A DNA stretch of 56,339 nt, the filler included, from Dugesia japonica (Eukaryota), in assembly GCA_001938525.1 (NCBI GenBank). It is 6 parts of 6 records of this genome, joined end to end, with 100 filler letters (N's around TTAATTAATTAA, not from the genome) between each part and the next. Parts side by side here need not be neighbours in the genome. Positions count along the whole stretch, not along the records: positions 37,523 to 47,803 come from MQRL01635658.1; positions 47,904 to 56,339 come from MQRL01474576.1; 4 more parts are not named here. One strand, 5' to 3'. The notes beneath the pieces were generated by a model. It ran no database searches. It was not told where the DNA came from and worked only from the letters and a program-made list of their open reading frames with translations. A program made the translations under genes and the position numbers. Positions 38,265-50,831 of this stretch are shown here, one piece after another (position 1 is the first letter of the stretch; every line of letters begins with the position of its first letter).

Positions 38265-40300
38265 CCCTTATCGTACACCACATTTTACATGCGTGATTCT
38301 CGCCAGGTTGTAGTTATTTTTAATAAATATTGAAAAGAACATTTTATTATATTATTCATTTATATTCATTTCAATTTAACAGTCTTATTAAAAATTATTT
38401 ATTTTTTGAAGAAGTATTACATGTCTGAGTTTCTAATAATTATTTATGTTTCTAATGTATGGTATGTTTTGTAACATACCAGGTTGCAAGATATGTAGTT
38501 TCACATCGAATCTCTCCTCATTGTCTGATGTTGAAGATCTTCCATATCAGGCAGTTTCCCTTTCACGAAAAACACTAACTAATGATATAACTGTTTTTCA
38601 TATAAATTTGTTATGTAACATTGGTTTAGTGGTTTAGGACTTTATGCAAAATGAAAGAATTTAAAGAGGAAACTTCAATTCCCCAGAAAAATACCTTCTT
38701 TGATGATTTTCGTAAAAAAGCAATACATAGATTACATTTGATCAGCCAGGTCAACTCCATCCATGAATTTATTATAATTCAATACTACTTGTGGCTTTGT
38801 AATCTCTACTTGATTACCACCATGTGTTAATCTTAAGATAGTTACCATTGATCTAGTATCGTAAGAGCTTAAAATGGTAATAACTCGCTTATCTCGCCAT
38901 TATAAAACTAACAACTTACTTACTCTTGAACGGAATCTGATAATTTGAATTTTTGAAGACGGTTTTCTTACTTGTGCTGGCAGAAACATTCTGTTTTTTC
39001 GTATAGTCCCTTTTAAGTAAAATTCCATTCTAAGAAATTCTTTAGCAAGTGGAACACTTGTATAGTATCTGTCGACGTAAAGATGATACCATTCATAGTT
39101 CAGGATTGATTCAAGCAGATTCTTGTACACATGGGAAACTATCCTTGTACTGACAGAAAGTTCAGGACAAATTAAAGATTCTAACTTAAGAGATTCAAAA
39201 TAGGACAATACTGAATACATGATCCACAGATAAAATGGCCAAAAACAAATAAAAACTTACAAAAGAAAGTTTTTCATTTTTTGAATAATAAATAAATTTA
39301 TAATTAATAATAAGGTTTTAAGAAATAATATTAATTAGTTAAAAAAAATTCACATAATACAAAATTAAAAATAATTTGTTTGTTTTATTAAAAATGTTGT
39401 AACCCAAAATATTATTAGCCCAAATGTTAAGTAAGTAAGCAAGAAAAACAATATTATTAATAAAGATAAAATTGAGAAATCGTTGAGATCTTATAGTGAG
39501 TTTAGAAGTACTAGGAATATAAGGGAGTTTCTTTTAAATATTGGAAGACACTTGAAAAACAATTTTTCAAATAATAATAATGATGATTCTGAAGATAGAA
39601 ATTAATAAATCAAATATCCAGTATTTCAGTCATATAAATTATAGAACCGTATTACCCATTTAGTTGACTTATTTGGATTATAAGTCAACTGGATATTCCT
39701 TTGAACGGCACAACAGCTTTATCCCCATATATTTCTTTTCCGGTAACAAAGTTTTGTCTGAAATAGTAATCAATATAATCTAGAAAACTTTTGACTTCTG
39801 AGAATCTTGCTATTGGATTATTAATGTTCATTCAAACAATTTCAAAAAGCGCTCTATTATAGATCTTAGAAAAAGATATTGCAGGTGAAGTCTTAGGGAA
39901 AATAACCTTTTATGTCACTTTTAATAGATGGCACTCATATTCAAAATTATGCCAGAAAAGCCGACATTTCTTCATATGAAACATCTTTGGAGTTATGCCA
40001 AACAGATCTGGTAGATAATTCATTCTTTTCAATTTTATCCTTTCCATATAAATTTACTTGCGTTATAATATATGCTGTCACTATGTTAGTAAATACGTTG
40101 TGAAACTAATTAATAACATTTGACGACCATTAATTTAAAAAGGAATCCTATTAGTGAGGTCATCATCACTCGATTTCAATCTAATAATCATCTGAGTTAT
40201 CAACTTCTAATTTTGCATTATTTTCTTCTTCACATGAATATTATAAAGGAACAAGTTTTCTTTTCTTAGGAAATCAAGAAACCGATTTTTTGCAACTTTG
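38265..40300 (-). mobile_element. piggyBac transposon, fragmented, inside the AMPK beta intron
   Basis: TTAA-CCCT terminus at 38261-38268. Motifs YHLYVDRYYTS, GTIRKNR, WRDKRV, KPQVVLNYNKFMDGVDLADQ, VFFW. The N-terminal part (DVSYEEMSAFL, acidic tract) is at about 39835-40300. Confidence 0.88.
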
Positions 40301-40301
40301 T

Positions 40302-41700
40302 TTAAATTAAATTATTTTTTACGAAAATTTGTTTAAATTTAAAATGTAATACCAGCAATTCTTTTCTTGTAACGCAGTAACCCTTTTCACGAGCAGTTAA
40401 GTGCCTGGATTCATATGCAATCACCACCTCTTCACTACCTTCTGTTCCTTGGCTCAACACTATACTGATAGCTCCGAAACTTGCATCAGTATCTAAGAAA
40501 AACTTTCTATTTTCTCTTGGGTAATCTAGATTCGGTGCATTACATAACTTTTCTTTCAAGTTTTCAAAACTTTTTCTGCATGCTTCTGTCCACATCAAGG
40601 TTTTGTCACATCCTGAAATAGCTTCATATAAAGGTGTTGCAATTCTGGCGTAATCCTTGATAAAACGTCTATAGTAGTTCGTTAAGCCAAGAAAAGACTT
40701 GAGTTTAGATGAACATTTTGGTTTTTCGACATATTTTATTTCCTGAATCTTAGTTTCGTTTGCTTTTATTACTTCTGCACTTATTGTCTGTTCCAAAAAG
40801 ACCAGTTGTTTTTGGTAAAATTTACATTTGTCTGGATTTATTCTCAATCCCGATTCTTTTATTCTGTTAAAAACTTCTTTCAAAATTTCAATATGATCTT
40901 CGACCGTTCTTCCATACACTAATATATCATCTAGAAATACAATGACACCTTTAGAAATTACCCCTGCCAACATATCATGCATCAACTTTGAAAACGTTAC
41001 CGGTACCGTTGCTAACCCAAATGGAATCCGATTGATAGTTCTACCTGATAGTAAGCTTGTTTTACATCAATTGATGAAAATATTTTTGCACCTGCTTAGC
41101 AATCCAATAATAACTGGATGTCTGGCATCGGAAATGAAACTTTTTCATTGATCATATTCAGTTGTTGATAATCTAAACACATTCTTATCGAACCATCTCT
41201 TTTTCCAACAATTATTAAAGGTGAATTCAACGGACTTTTACATTTGCTAATTACCCAATACTTATTAAATTCTGTATTATTTCGTCAATCTTCTTTTTCA
41301 AGTGCATCAGTGGTCTCCGGGGATGTTGAACAGTTGGATCTTCAAATACTTTTATTTTGTGTATTACTTGTATTGTATGTCCTATATAAAACTTAGACAC
41401 CATGAATTTTTTACCAAACTTCGAAATTAGATCATTTAGATCTTGGTTATTTGTTTCTTTGAAGACATTGAATACATAATTCTTTCTATCATCATTTGAA
41501 TGGTTTCTTCCCAAACATTAAGTTTCAATATTATTAACTTCTATCAGTTTTATTCCGAAACTTTTCATTGCATCTATCCCANNAATAAATTGTGGTCGTA
41601 TCTTTTTAACTATTATGATTTTAATAACTCTCACTTATTATTCCATTTAACGCTCAGTTCTACACATCCTTTCAGCCGAGCTGTAGCTTCTGAAGCATCT
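40302..41700 (-). mobile_element. Gypsy pol fragment (RT + RNase H) inside the AMPK beta intron
   Basis: PFGL....TFSKLM, VFLDDILVYG, INPDKCKF, KSFLGLTNYYRRFI, LDTDAS, VLSQ, VIAYESR, KGYCVTRKELL. Confidence 0.93.
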
Positions 41701-41883
41701 TTGCCATCATATTTTTTTATATTAAAATGATAAGNNNNNNNNNNNNNNNNNNNNNNNNNNNNNNNNNNNNNNNNNNNNNNNNNNNNNNNNNNNNNNNNNN
41801 NNNNNNNNNNNNNNNNNNNNNNNNNNNNNNNNNNNNNNNNNNNNNNNNNNNNNNNNNNNNNNNNNNNNNNNNNNNNNNNNNNN

Positions 41884-41944
<61 letters not shown>

Positions 41945-41989
41945 TTGTATTACTTTATTATTATCCACCGGATATTCCACCATCAGTAA

Positions 41990-42296
41990 TATTCAGTCTG
42001 TATTATTCAAACAAAGATTAATGCGATTATACTGAATATAATAAATAAATTTATAAATTTATAAATTTCAATTTTCATAGGTTTTAAAAAATTTTAATAT
42101 GATCTAAAATTAAAAAAAACAATTATATATTTGGAAAAAACATCTTTGATTTTATAGGTTAAAGTAATAAAATATTATTGTATAAATTAATTTTTTTTTG
42201 AAAAGTTGTTAAAAAATTTTAAAAAATTAAGAATTATAGCCGTCTAATATTCAGTATAATCGCATTAATCTTTGTTTGAATAATACAGACTGAATA
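41990..42296. mobile_element. MITE/foldback-like element with perfect 50-bp inverted repeats
   Basis: tattcagtctgtattattcaaacaaagattaatgcgattatactgaatat (41990-42039) and its exact reverse complement (42247-42296) enclose an AT-rich core. Confidence 0.7.
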
Positions 42297-42393
42297 AACT
42301 CATTTATTTCACTTTTGTCTGATGTGAAATCAGCCACTTTTGGTTAATCCGTCGAAATATATAACAATAAAGTTTTATTTTAAATTGCGTTAC

Positions 42394-42449
<56 letters not shown>

Positions 42450-43796
42450 NNNNNNNNNNNNNNNNNNNNNNNNNNNNNNNNNNNNNNNNNNNNNNNNNNN
42501 NNNNNNNNNNNNNNNNNNNNNNNNNNNNNNNNNNNNNNNNNNNNNNNNNNNNNNNNNNNNNNNNNNNNNNNNNNNNNNNNNNNNNNNNNNNNNNNNNNNN
42601 NNNNNNNNNNNNNNNTTATATATTTACTAAAATACAACATTAAATACAAAATATGTATTATTTTCATGAATATACGGTAATTTCATAAATATACATAAAG
42701 TTTCAATGGTTTATACACCAAAGATATACAAATGTTATTAATTTACAATAATTTCATAAATAAATTAATCGGAAATATACACTTCTTACAATTACAAATA
42801 AATTTTAGTAATTTTCCTAAACCATATAACAATTGCATTGAAAATATGTACTAATTTCTTATATATGTATTACATTCGATAATTGGTAAGTAAATCTAAT
42901 ATGTAAGTTCACTAAAACATAGCACAATTCCATATAAATATACCTAAATTTCAATAAAATAGACTAATGTCATTATCATAAATAATAATTTCATTAAGAC
43001 ATGTGCAAATATTTCAGAAGGAACATTTCAATTTTAATAAGCCATACACTTATATTACTTAAGAAACTATAAATTTCATCAATTTAAATAATTAGTTTCA
43101 TACAAATACAACATAATTTCAATAGAATAATATCGATTTTATACAAACTTCATGAAATCATGAAAATGTACTTGATTTTTAATAAAGTATACAGAAACGT
43201 ATTAAGAATTATACAGACTTCATATGAATATATATAATTTATAATTAATATACACTACGTTTTGAGTCTGAAATCACACATGGACTAATTAAAATATCAT
43301 AGTTGAATATTTTAATTGAGAAAATACGAGTTATTCTTCAATACGATTGCAGTTCATATGCAACACGAATGCAAATCATGTGCAATAGAATGTTGTACAT
43401 TTACAACAAGCAATGATTTGTATACATGTCCTCTTTAGGCCCATAAATAATGATTTAACAAAAAACAGTGCTCTTGAGGAAATAATACATCGTGATGAAA
43501 TTATATGAAGAAAATTAAATTTAAACATAGAATGTATATACGCTGCTTGAAATATCTTTAAAGATTGTAACAGCAAAAAATTATCATACAAAAATCTGCT
43601 AACTAAAAGATTCAAATAATTGAAAACAAAGACAAACTTCAAATTAAAAATAAATGTAATTTTATCCATACAATAATATAATTTTGTAATCAAAAAGAAA
43701 AAAGGGGCTTAAGTATCACATTTATGTATTTTATAGTTAACGAAAAATAAGATAAATGAAAACTAAATTCAAAATCCTAACTTTATTTTATAATAT

Positions 43797-43975
43797 GAAA
43801 ATATCTTAAATAAAAAAATAAAAAATAAAATATATCTTAAAAAAATCAACAAATATAAAATATATCTTAAATAAAAAATAAATATAAAATATATCTTAAA
43901 TAAAAAATAAATATAAAATATATCTTAAATAAAAAATATTTATAAAATATATCTTAAATAAATCAACAAATATCA
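43797..43975. repeat. Minisatellite, about 30-bp unit (aaatataaaatatatcttaaataaaaaata), about 6 copies
   Basis: atatcttaaa recurs at roughly 30-bp spacing from 43801 to 43958. Confidence 0.9.
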
Positions 43976-44100
43976 TATCGTAATAGTTTATTTTATTTTT
44001 AATAACATTCTGGAAATTAATGATTTAAATATTATATATTTTACATTAATTATTCGTGTTTTTATTAATTTTTGTTATTTATTATTTTCTATATATAAAG

Positions 44101-44232
44101 CCTACAATAATCAACGGAAATGGAACCTTGGATAATATTATTGAAATAAAAGAGTCGGATTTCAATGTTTTAGATGCCCTTTATAACGATGAAATTGATA
44201 GTTATTCTCCTTTTAAGATAGTCGAAAATTTA
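44101..44232 (+). CDS. PRKAB: AMPK beta subunit, exon C
   Basis: aag|PTIINGNGTLDNIIEIKESDFNVLDALYND...|gtaagt; aligns to PIVTSQLGTVNNIIQVKKTDFEVFDAL; phase 0 at both ends. Confidence 0.9.
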
Positions 44233-46027
44233 GTAAGTCTTTTGAAAAATAAATAAATGATTTCATCCATTGAAATAAAATTAAATAATTAATTATTGAT
44301 TAGTGGTTTTCCTATTTCTGTGTTTTCAGAAAGGTAGAAAACATTTTTTATTCTTTCATAATTAGAGCTTGTAAAAGCAATTGAGAGTTCCAGGTTACGT
44401 CATATGTGAGGAATTCTTTACTTTTTAAAAATGTTAAAGTTCTTTAAATGCCATGGTATGGTTGGATGAGAAATGACTTGGGGTATTTAATGATGTAGTC
44501 TTGTGTTCAATCAAGCGTGATGGTAAAAAAACTATTAAAGATTTAAAATTGAAAAATTGTCGAGCTCCCAATTTTAAACCTATGTACTTGAGTTTGGTAC
44601 CATTCAACTTAGAGTTAAACACTACCCATAAATTGTCTGAAATGCTTTGTTCTCATTGGAAGAACTGTAGCGCACTGAACCATTTATAATGATAATAGTT
44701 AAATTTATAATTGAATAATGATTTTAGTTGCATTGAAATTAGCATAAAAACTGCCTTTACATTGTTTTAACAACAGAATCTTTTATTCACATAGAACTGT
44801 CTCGATGAAGTGATATAAAATATTGTTTTCTGATTTAGATAATAAATTGATATGTAAGATAGGGTAAACGCATGGACTTTTATCATAAAATATTTCCTGT
44901 GCTATTAAAATGATGGTTAAAACTTCATAACAGTTAAATAGGTCACAGTTCTGTTAGAAACATAGTTTTGTCAACAAACTTGATGTTATTGGATGAGAAA
45001 TGAGATGAGACAACAATAGTGTTGTTTAAATTTTAGTCAGGCTCATAAGTATAAAAATTATTAAAGATTTAAAATTTCAAACAAAATTACAAAAAGTGTC
45101 AACATCAAATTATTTTCATTAGTCATAAAGCATTTGATACCATTCGATAAAGAATTTAAAGTAGAATATATGTCATTTAAAACATTTTAAATATAAATGT
45201 TTTCTTCACGGAAAAATCAATAATAATGGTAAAATCAAATTCAACGGTAGCTGGTTCCTATTTTTTGACTTGAAACCACGATCATCAGAAAGACAATCCA
45301 AAGACCAATTTTTCGAAATGCTTCCTTCCTGGTGAAAAATGGCGTGGTCAAAGTAAGTAGATAGTGCCGCACAGTTTTGTATCAAATTAATCAATTTTAA
45401 ATTACATTTTTTTAAAGCAACTTTGATATCGCTGGGCTCGGTAAAGGTCGATGAGTCAGAATTTCAACATATTAAATATTTAAAATTTTGAAAACCTTGT
45501 CCAGTTTATATTTTTTGACATTTTTACTGAATTTTAATACAGTCAGAAATATAAACCGATTATACATGATTTGAAAGCCTGGTACTAAAAAATACATGTA
45601 TTCCTAGAAAATCATAAAACAAAGAAATTAAAATCTTGTAAAATTTTTTGTGGTATAATTTTTTAATTTTTGATACATTGGTACCAAAGACTGAGATTTA
45701 TACTAGATTGTTCATGGTAACGTACATAATTACAAGATAATGATTTAAGATTGAATACACTTTTCAATCAAAGAAAGACTTTACTGAACCGTGTAAAATT
45801 CTTATTAACAAAGCGTATTTAAAAGAGTTATGTATTTTGATTTTTTATTGATATTTTAATATTCAGATTTTTATGCGTGAATCTGCATAAATATAAATCT
45901 CTAATAAAATATGATTAATTTGAGAGATTTCTGTAATTAGCATGATTAAAACAAGTAATGGAAATTTAATAATAATATAACATTAAATTTAAGTAATATA
46001 ATTATCTTACTTTTACTTTATTTGAAG

Positions 46028-46135
46028 AATTCCTCAAAAGTTGGAACATATTCAAATGAAGTCCCAGATTACGAAAGTGATCTTTACTTTAGCAAAAGTG
46101 TCCCACCGGATATTCCACCATATTTGGATCAAAAA
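46028..46135 (+). CDS. PRKAB: AMPK beta subunit, exon D
   Basis: NSSKVGTYSNEVP...VPPDIPPYLDQK|gt; aligns to G.Y.QE.....PPILPPHLLQ. Confidence 0.85.
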
Positions 46136-46184
46136 GTACCAATAATATGATTTCCGAATTTTACATTATTTTTAAATTGAAAAG

Positions 46185-46277
46185 GTAATTATTGAAAATA
46201 ACATTGAATGCGATGCTCCAACATTATTACCCACAAAACATGTTCTATTCAATCATATTTTAACACATGCTTTAAAG
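46185..46277 (+). CDS. PRKAB: AMPK beta subunit, exon E (AMPKBI/ASC domain)
   Basis: VIIENNIECDAPTLLPTKHVLFNHILTHALK|gtagaa; aligns to VILN....CDPALLPEPNHVMLNHLYALSIK. Follows a 49-nt intron. Confidence 0.88.
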
Positions 46278-47268
46278 GTAGAAATTTTTTTTTTAATTTT
46301 TCATTATTATTGAAAATGCAAAGAAAATAATTGTTTATATTAATGCCATGTTAATATCATGAATATTCTTTAAATACTTTTTTTTATTTCAATTTGATAA
46401 AAAATATTTTCAATTTAATATGAAATTTATAATTATATATATATATATATATATATAAAATTTGAAGTTAATTAATTAAATTAAATATAATTTTATAATA
46501 AATATTGTTATTGATCTTAGGAAAGTAGAATTTACAAAAGTAATTAATGAAGTGTGTGATCATTTTAAGATAACTAATTTTAATTTTTTGTATATTAAGC
46601 CGAAATTTATTAAAATTAAATTGAAAATATTTTAAATTAAATTATTAAAATATTTGTGTAATAAATATTAAATTTATTTATTTAGTAAGATTTATTTTTA
46701 AAAAAATATTAAATTTTCTATTGAATATAATTTAAAAGTTATGTATAATTAAAATAAATTAATAACTATTTGAAATTAAACGCTTCATCAAAATGTATTT
46801 TAATCGAAGCTTTTAATTTAATGAAATCTGTAATGCGATCAATAGCTGAGTCCAACAATTATTCTAGCAATAATTATAATTGTTAAATATTTCGATATTT
46901 TAAATGTATTCTTTTTTTATACTTTAGACTTTAACGATTATTTTAAAATAATTTTTCATAAAAAATTTATGAATTATTTTAGATTTCGTAGAATTTCATT
47001 TAACTCATTTAACTCAGTCCACTAGAGAAATAAAATTTTCCCAATCATAATTTCCGTAAATAATTTTTAAATTTTACGGAAGAGTATTTATTATTGATCA
47101 TTTTAGACACAACTTTATTAAGTATATTGTAAATAGAAAAGTAATGTATTTTCATCAGAAGAACAAATATGCGAAGAAATATTTCATTTAAAGACCTTAC
47201 ATTTATTTGATGAGTGACAACATGGCATTTTAATTAAAATAAAAATGTTTCTGCAAATTTTTTCTTAG

Positions 47269-47471
47269 ACAATATTTTGGCATTATGGGGTACTGTGTCT
47301 TTTGAGCAAATAATGGAGACAATTTCAGTAATTTTTGCTGTCGACTTACAAACTCCTCTTGGGAATTTTAATAGAAAAATATCTACCCAACTAAAAATCA
47401 TTTTGGCATTACTACTTAAAATTAATTTTCTATTTCTACCTTTTACAATGAATAACGTTAAACAAGTTTAA
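47269..47471 (+). CDS. PRKAB: Candidate terminal exon of AMPK beta
   Basis: Strong acceptor tttttcttag, then (x)NILALWGTVSF, loosely similar to DGVMVLSATHRY. It needs a phase-1 donor, possibly from a micro-exon at 46521-46539. Confidence 0.35.
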
Positions 47472-47639
47472 TAAAAAACCGAGACATTTCGTCTTGTTTT
47501 TTTCTCTCATTATAATAGTTTAATATTATTATTTTGCGATCACAGTATGATATTGGTAACTTTATAGAATTGTGTTGATGCATAAGATAGTAGAATTTCT
47601 TTAAAAAGCAACAATGTTTTTAAAAAAGAGTATTTTTAG

Positions 47640-47803
47640 GCAAATGTTAAAGTTATCTTAATGACATATTATTATTTGAATTCAACAAATCCTGCTGAAA
47701 CTAAAAGAACCATTTGTGCAGTTTGTTGGAAAGAATGCAATTGTAAAAAGTACAGCAGAAAAATAATTTTCACGTTTCAAAGCAGGTCATTTTGATATAA
47801 ACT
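47640..47803 (+). mobile_element. Mariner transposase N-terminal fragment
   Basis: LLFEFN...AETKRTICAV..KNAIVKSTAEK*FSRFKAGHFDI. Confidence 0.8.
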
Positions 47804-47903
47804 NNNNNNNNNNNNNNNNNNNNNNNNNNNNNNNNNNNNNNNNNNNNTTAATTAATTAANNNNNNNNNNNNNNNNNNNNNNNNNNNNNNNNNNNNNNNNN
47901 NNN
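47804..47903. other. Artificial contig-joining spacer
   Basis: 44N-TTAATTAATTAA-44N. Confidence 0.97.
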
Positions 47904-47975
47904 TTCGGATATGTCCTTCTTCATTACAAGCATAGCATCTTACATTTGGCACCATTCTACATTGTCGTGAAAAAT
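47904..47975 (-). mobile_element. Gag zinc-knuckle fragment
   Basis: RQCRMVPNVRCYACNEEGHIR running into the gap. Confidence 0.55.
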
Positions 47976-48504
47976 AAATTTTGTTGATTGCACCAATTAT
48001 CCATGAAAAGTATGCAACGAAATAAAAAATTGTATGATTGTCGAAAGGTATTACGAATCTGTTGATTGTCCTCGTTCTAATTTGATCGTGCATCTCATTA
48101 TAATGTTCTAATTTTGAGTACTTTTTCAGTAACCATGATTTTCTAATTTTATTTTATATTTGATTTAACTTCACTCCATGCTACATCGATTAAATTTCAC
48201 GGATTTTATGTATAATTATAATTTCCGGTTATTTTAATTAATTTAATTCTAATAAAAGTAAAAGTAATAAATTTGAAAATGAAAAATTTGCTAAAATTAA
48301 TTTTTAAAATAAATGTTGAAAGTTGAAAAATAACTTTTATGTTTTTATATACGAACAAAATTAATTTCTCTGCTTAATTGAGTAGATTTAGCAATTATTA
48401 ATTAAGTTTGATTCAAAGAAAACTGTTGCTAATAGATTAACGTATATTTTATAATGTTAAATTTAGTAATAGAAAAGATTAACGTAGACAAGCATTATAA
48501 TCTA

Positions 48505-48792
48505 TTAGTTTATGGAACAGCATTGATGATGTTTCGGGTGGATTTCCAAAAACAAACAGTTCTGTAGAAGAGTGGCATCTTGGTCTTAGTCATTGACTTG
48601 GTGCCTATCATCCAACTGTATGAAAATTTATCAATGGGATAAAACATGAACAAAGTCTTAATGATTTTAAAATCAACCAATTTTATTAGGTAAAAGTATA
48701 CGGCCAAATGTCTTACGAAAATTGTTAGTGAATAATGTGACCGTTCATTATTGAATTATCTCAGAGGAATATCGTCCCATTTTGTGTTAACT
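48505..48792 (+). mobile_element. MULE/Mutator transposase C-terminal fragment
   Basis: WNSIDDVSGGFPKTNSSVEEWH....LGAYHPTV*KFINGIKHEQ...LLNYLRGIS matches WN...PRTNN.VEGWH...HP.IW.FI..L..EQ...YLR.I. Confidence 0.88.
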
Positions 48793-48824
48793 GTTTAAAT
48801 TTTAGTATTTAAATAAAATATAAT

Positions 48825-50175
48825 TATCAGTATCCATAACAAAAATTAATTCAATAAAATTATATTTTAATTGCATTCTTAAATATGGGGAATATAAGTG
48901 ATGCAATGATTCGAGAAAGATAATATATCCTTCATACATAATGTTCATGCGGGTCGCAACAATAACAACATACATACGGATCAAATCAATATTTAATTAT
49001 CAGAAATATATACTACTCACATGTCCAATCCGATATAGAGTAAGCCATTCGATATTTCGAAAATTTTCGGTACCATCATTTTTCCAAATTTTATAGCTTC
49101 AATTGTGTAGTTTATTAATTATAATGTATTGATCATCGTATCGCTTTTCTTGTTTATTTATAACATCAATTTTACTCCAAACTTTGTCACCAATTTTAAA
49201 ACTTCTTTCTGTATTACTGTACATTACTTGGATTGGCGTTTTATACATATTTTTTATAAGCTTCATTTGATTGGATATATCCTCATTGGTAAAAGATTTA
49301 TCCGAGCTTTCAAATTTATCTATACTTAGCTTATTCCAAAAACCATTTCTGCAGGGCTTATTTTAGTACCTTAATGAATTGTCAAATTCATAGAAAATTC
49401 TATTTGAGGTAAAAGTTCTTACCAATTTCTGAATAATTTATCTTCGACACAGTAATATATTCAGTCCCTAATCGTCTCTACTCAACTGATTTCAGAATTT
49501 CTTTTATATATTTCACTGGAGTTGGTCCTGGTTGATCTTCGTTTTCTTCATTTTCTCTTTGCATGATTTTAATTCGAGAAGAGATTGAAATGTGGTAAGT
49601 TTTGTCGACGTCAATTTGTGTGGCATTTTTTTCCTCCACATTTTTTTCAACTTGTTGAATAAATCCTTCGATATTGCAACGCATATTGACAGTCTTCTGC
49701 AAGATTACTGGATTTAACGAATAATTTTTGTAGATTTTCTTCATAATTATTGGAATCATTGAGCTTCTCTAATTGCCTTACATAATTTTTGTTCATGAAA
49801 ACTTGACTTAAGATATTTCTTTGTTCTAAATTGATTTGGATTAAATCAAAATAATTTCTTGTTTCCACAAATAAATCTTCTACATACAAATTTGAGGAGA
49901 AATTCTTCGACTGCGGAATTAATCGAATAAGTTCACTTGTATTTAACGTGATCGCCATATTAGTATCGAGAACTAAAACTAATTCAATAAAATTATATTC
50001 TAATGAAAAATGATTATTTTGCAAGTCAATCGAATTCTTAAATATGGGGAATATAAGTGATGCAGTGATTCGAGAAAGATATTATATCATTCATTCGCAA
50101 AAAAAAGTCGCATCAATCTCAACATACATACGGGTCAAATCAATATTTAATTATCAGAAATATATCCTACTCACA
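48825..50175 (-). mobile_element. Internally deleted Gypsy-like LTR element (1.35 kb): 5' LTR 49958-50175, 3' LTR 48825-49021
   Basis: Two direct repeats start TGTGAGTAG and end gatact(a/g)ata. PBS-like TGGCGATCAC follows the 5' LTR directly; flanks are ATTAC/ATTAT. Inside, a gag start is joined to an integrase tail (W.ELLPQIEFSMN..IH.GTKISPAEMVFG). Confidence 0.85.
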
Positions 50176-50707
50176 GTAATAACTATTTATTAAATTATAA
50201 AATAATGATTTATATTATTTTATTTTTCTTCGCTTTTATTGTATGGTACAATGTTCTTCGCAAGCAACTGGTTAGTTTCAATTTGATCGACTAAATTTCT
50301 TGTTCGCCTCACCAAAGCTATTAATAATGAAACGCTTGAAATTTTAGATGCTATTACTGCATCAACATTTATAGTACTCTTTGAAAATATTTTAGAAAAA
50401 TTATTATAACTTCATTATCTGTGTGAAGAACTTCAATTTTTGATTCTTCACTGAATGGTAATGACTTTTGCCATCTATGAATTTACCAGAGGCACTTCAT
50501 TTGAGTCTTTCAAAACATTTATACNGCGAGAAAATTCATCACATCTTCAATGCACATTTTCGTTACAATTACAATTTTTATGGTAAATATAAACATTTGA
50601 GCATAACTTGGTCTCTCTTATATTACTTGTATTGTATATAATATTCACAAAAAACTATTGCAAAAAATAATTTTAAATAAAATTAATAAACATTTGAAAT
50701 TGGTTTT

Positions 50708-50820
50708 TATCAAATTACTATCAAAAACCAAAAAACAAAATTTTGATAGAAGATTTTATTTTAATGAATTCTTTAAAATGATCAACAATTATTCTCGCAA
50801 TATTTTTAGTTGTAAAATTA
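50708..50820 (+). mobile_element. Short Penelope 5'-region relic, same family as 6980-7070 and 9130-9255
   Basis: aaattactatcaaaaacc...aaattttgat...aatgaattct...caacaattattctcgcaata matches the sequence downstream of the hammerheads. Confidence 0.6.
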
Positions 50821-50831
50821 TTATTATTATT

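Noticed and set aside
41717-42667. Poly-Ile/X ORFs in the ORF track
   Set aside because: They are translations of (ATT)n microsatellites and N gaps.
43376-43693. 105-aa minus-strand ORF as a nested gene in the AMPK beta intron
   Set aside because: F/L/I/K-rich composition expected from AT-rich noise; no motif or convincing splice structure.
43797-43975. CRISPR-like regular repeats
   Set aside because: Head-to-tail minisatellite with no unique spacers, in eukaryotic DNA.
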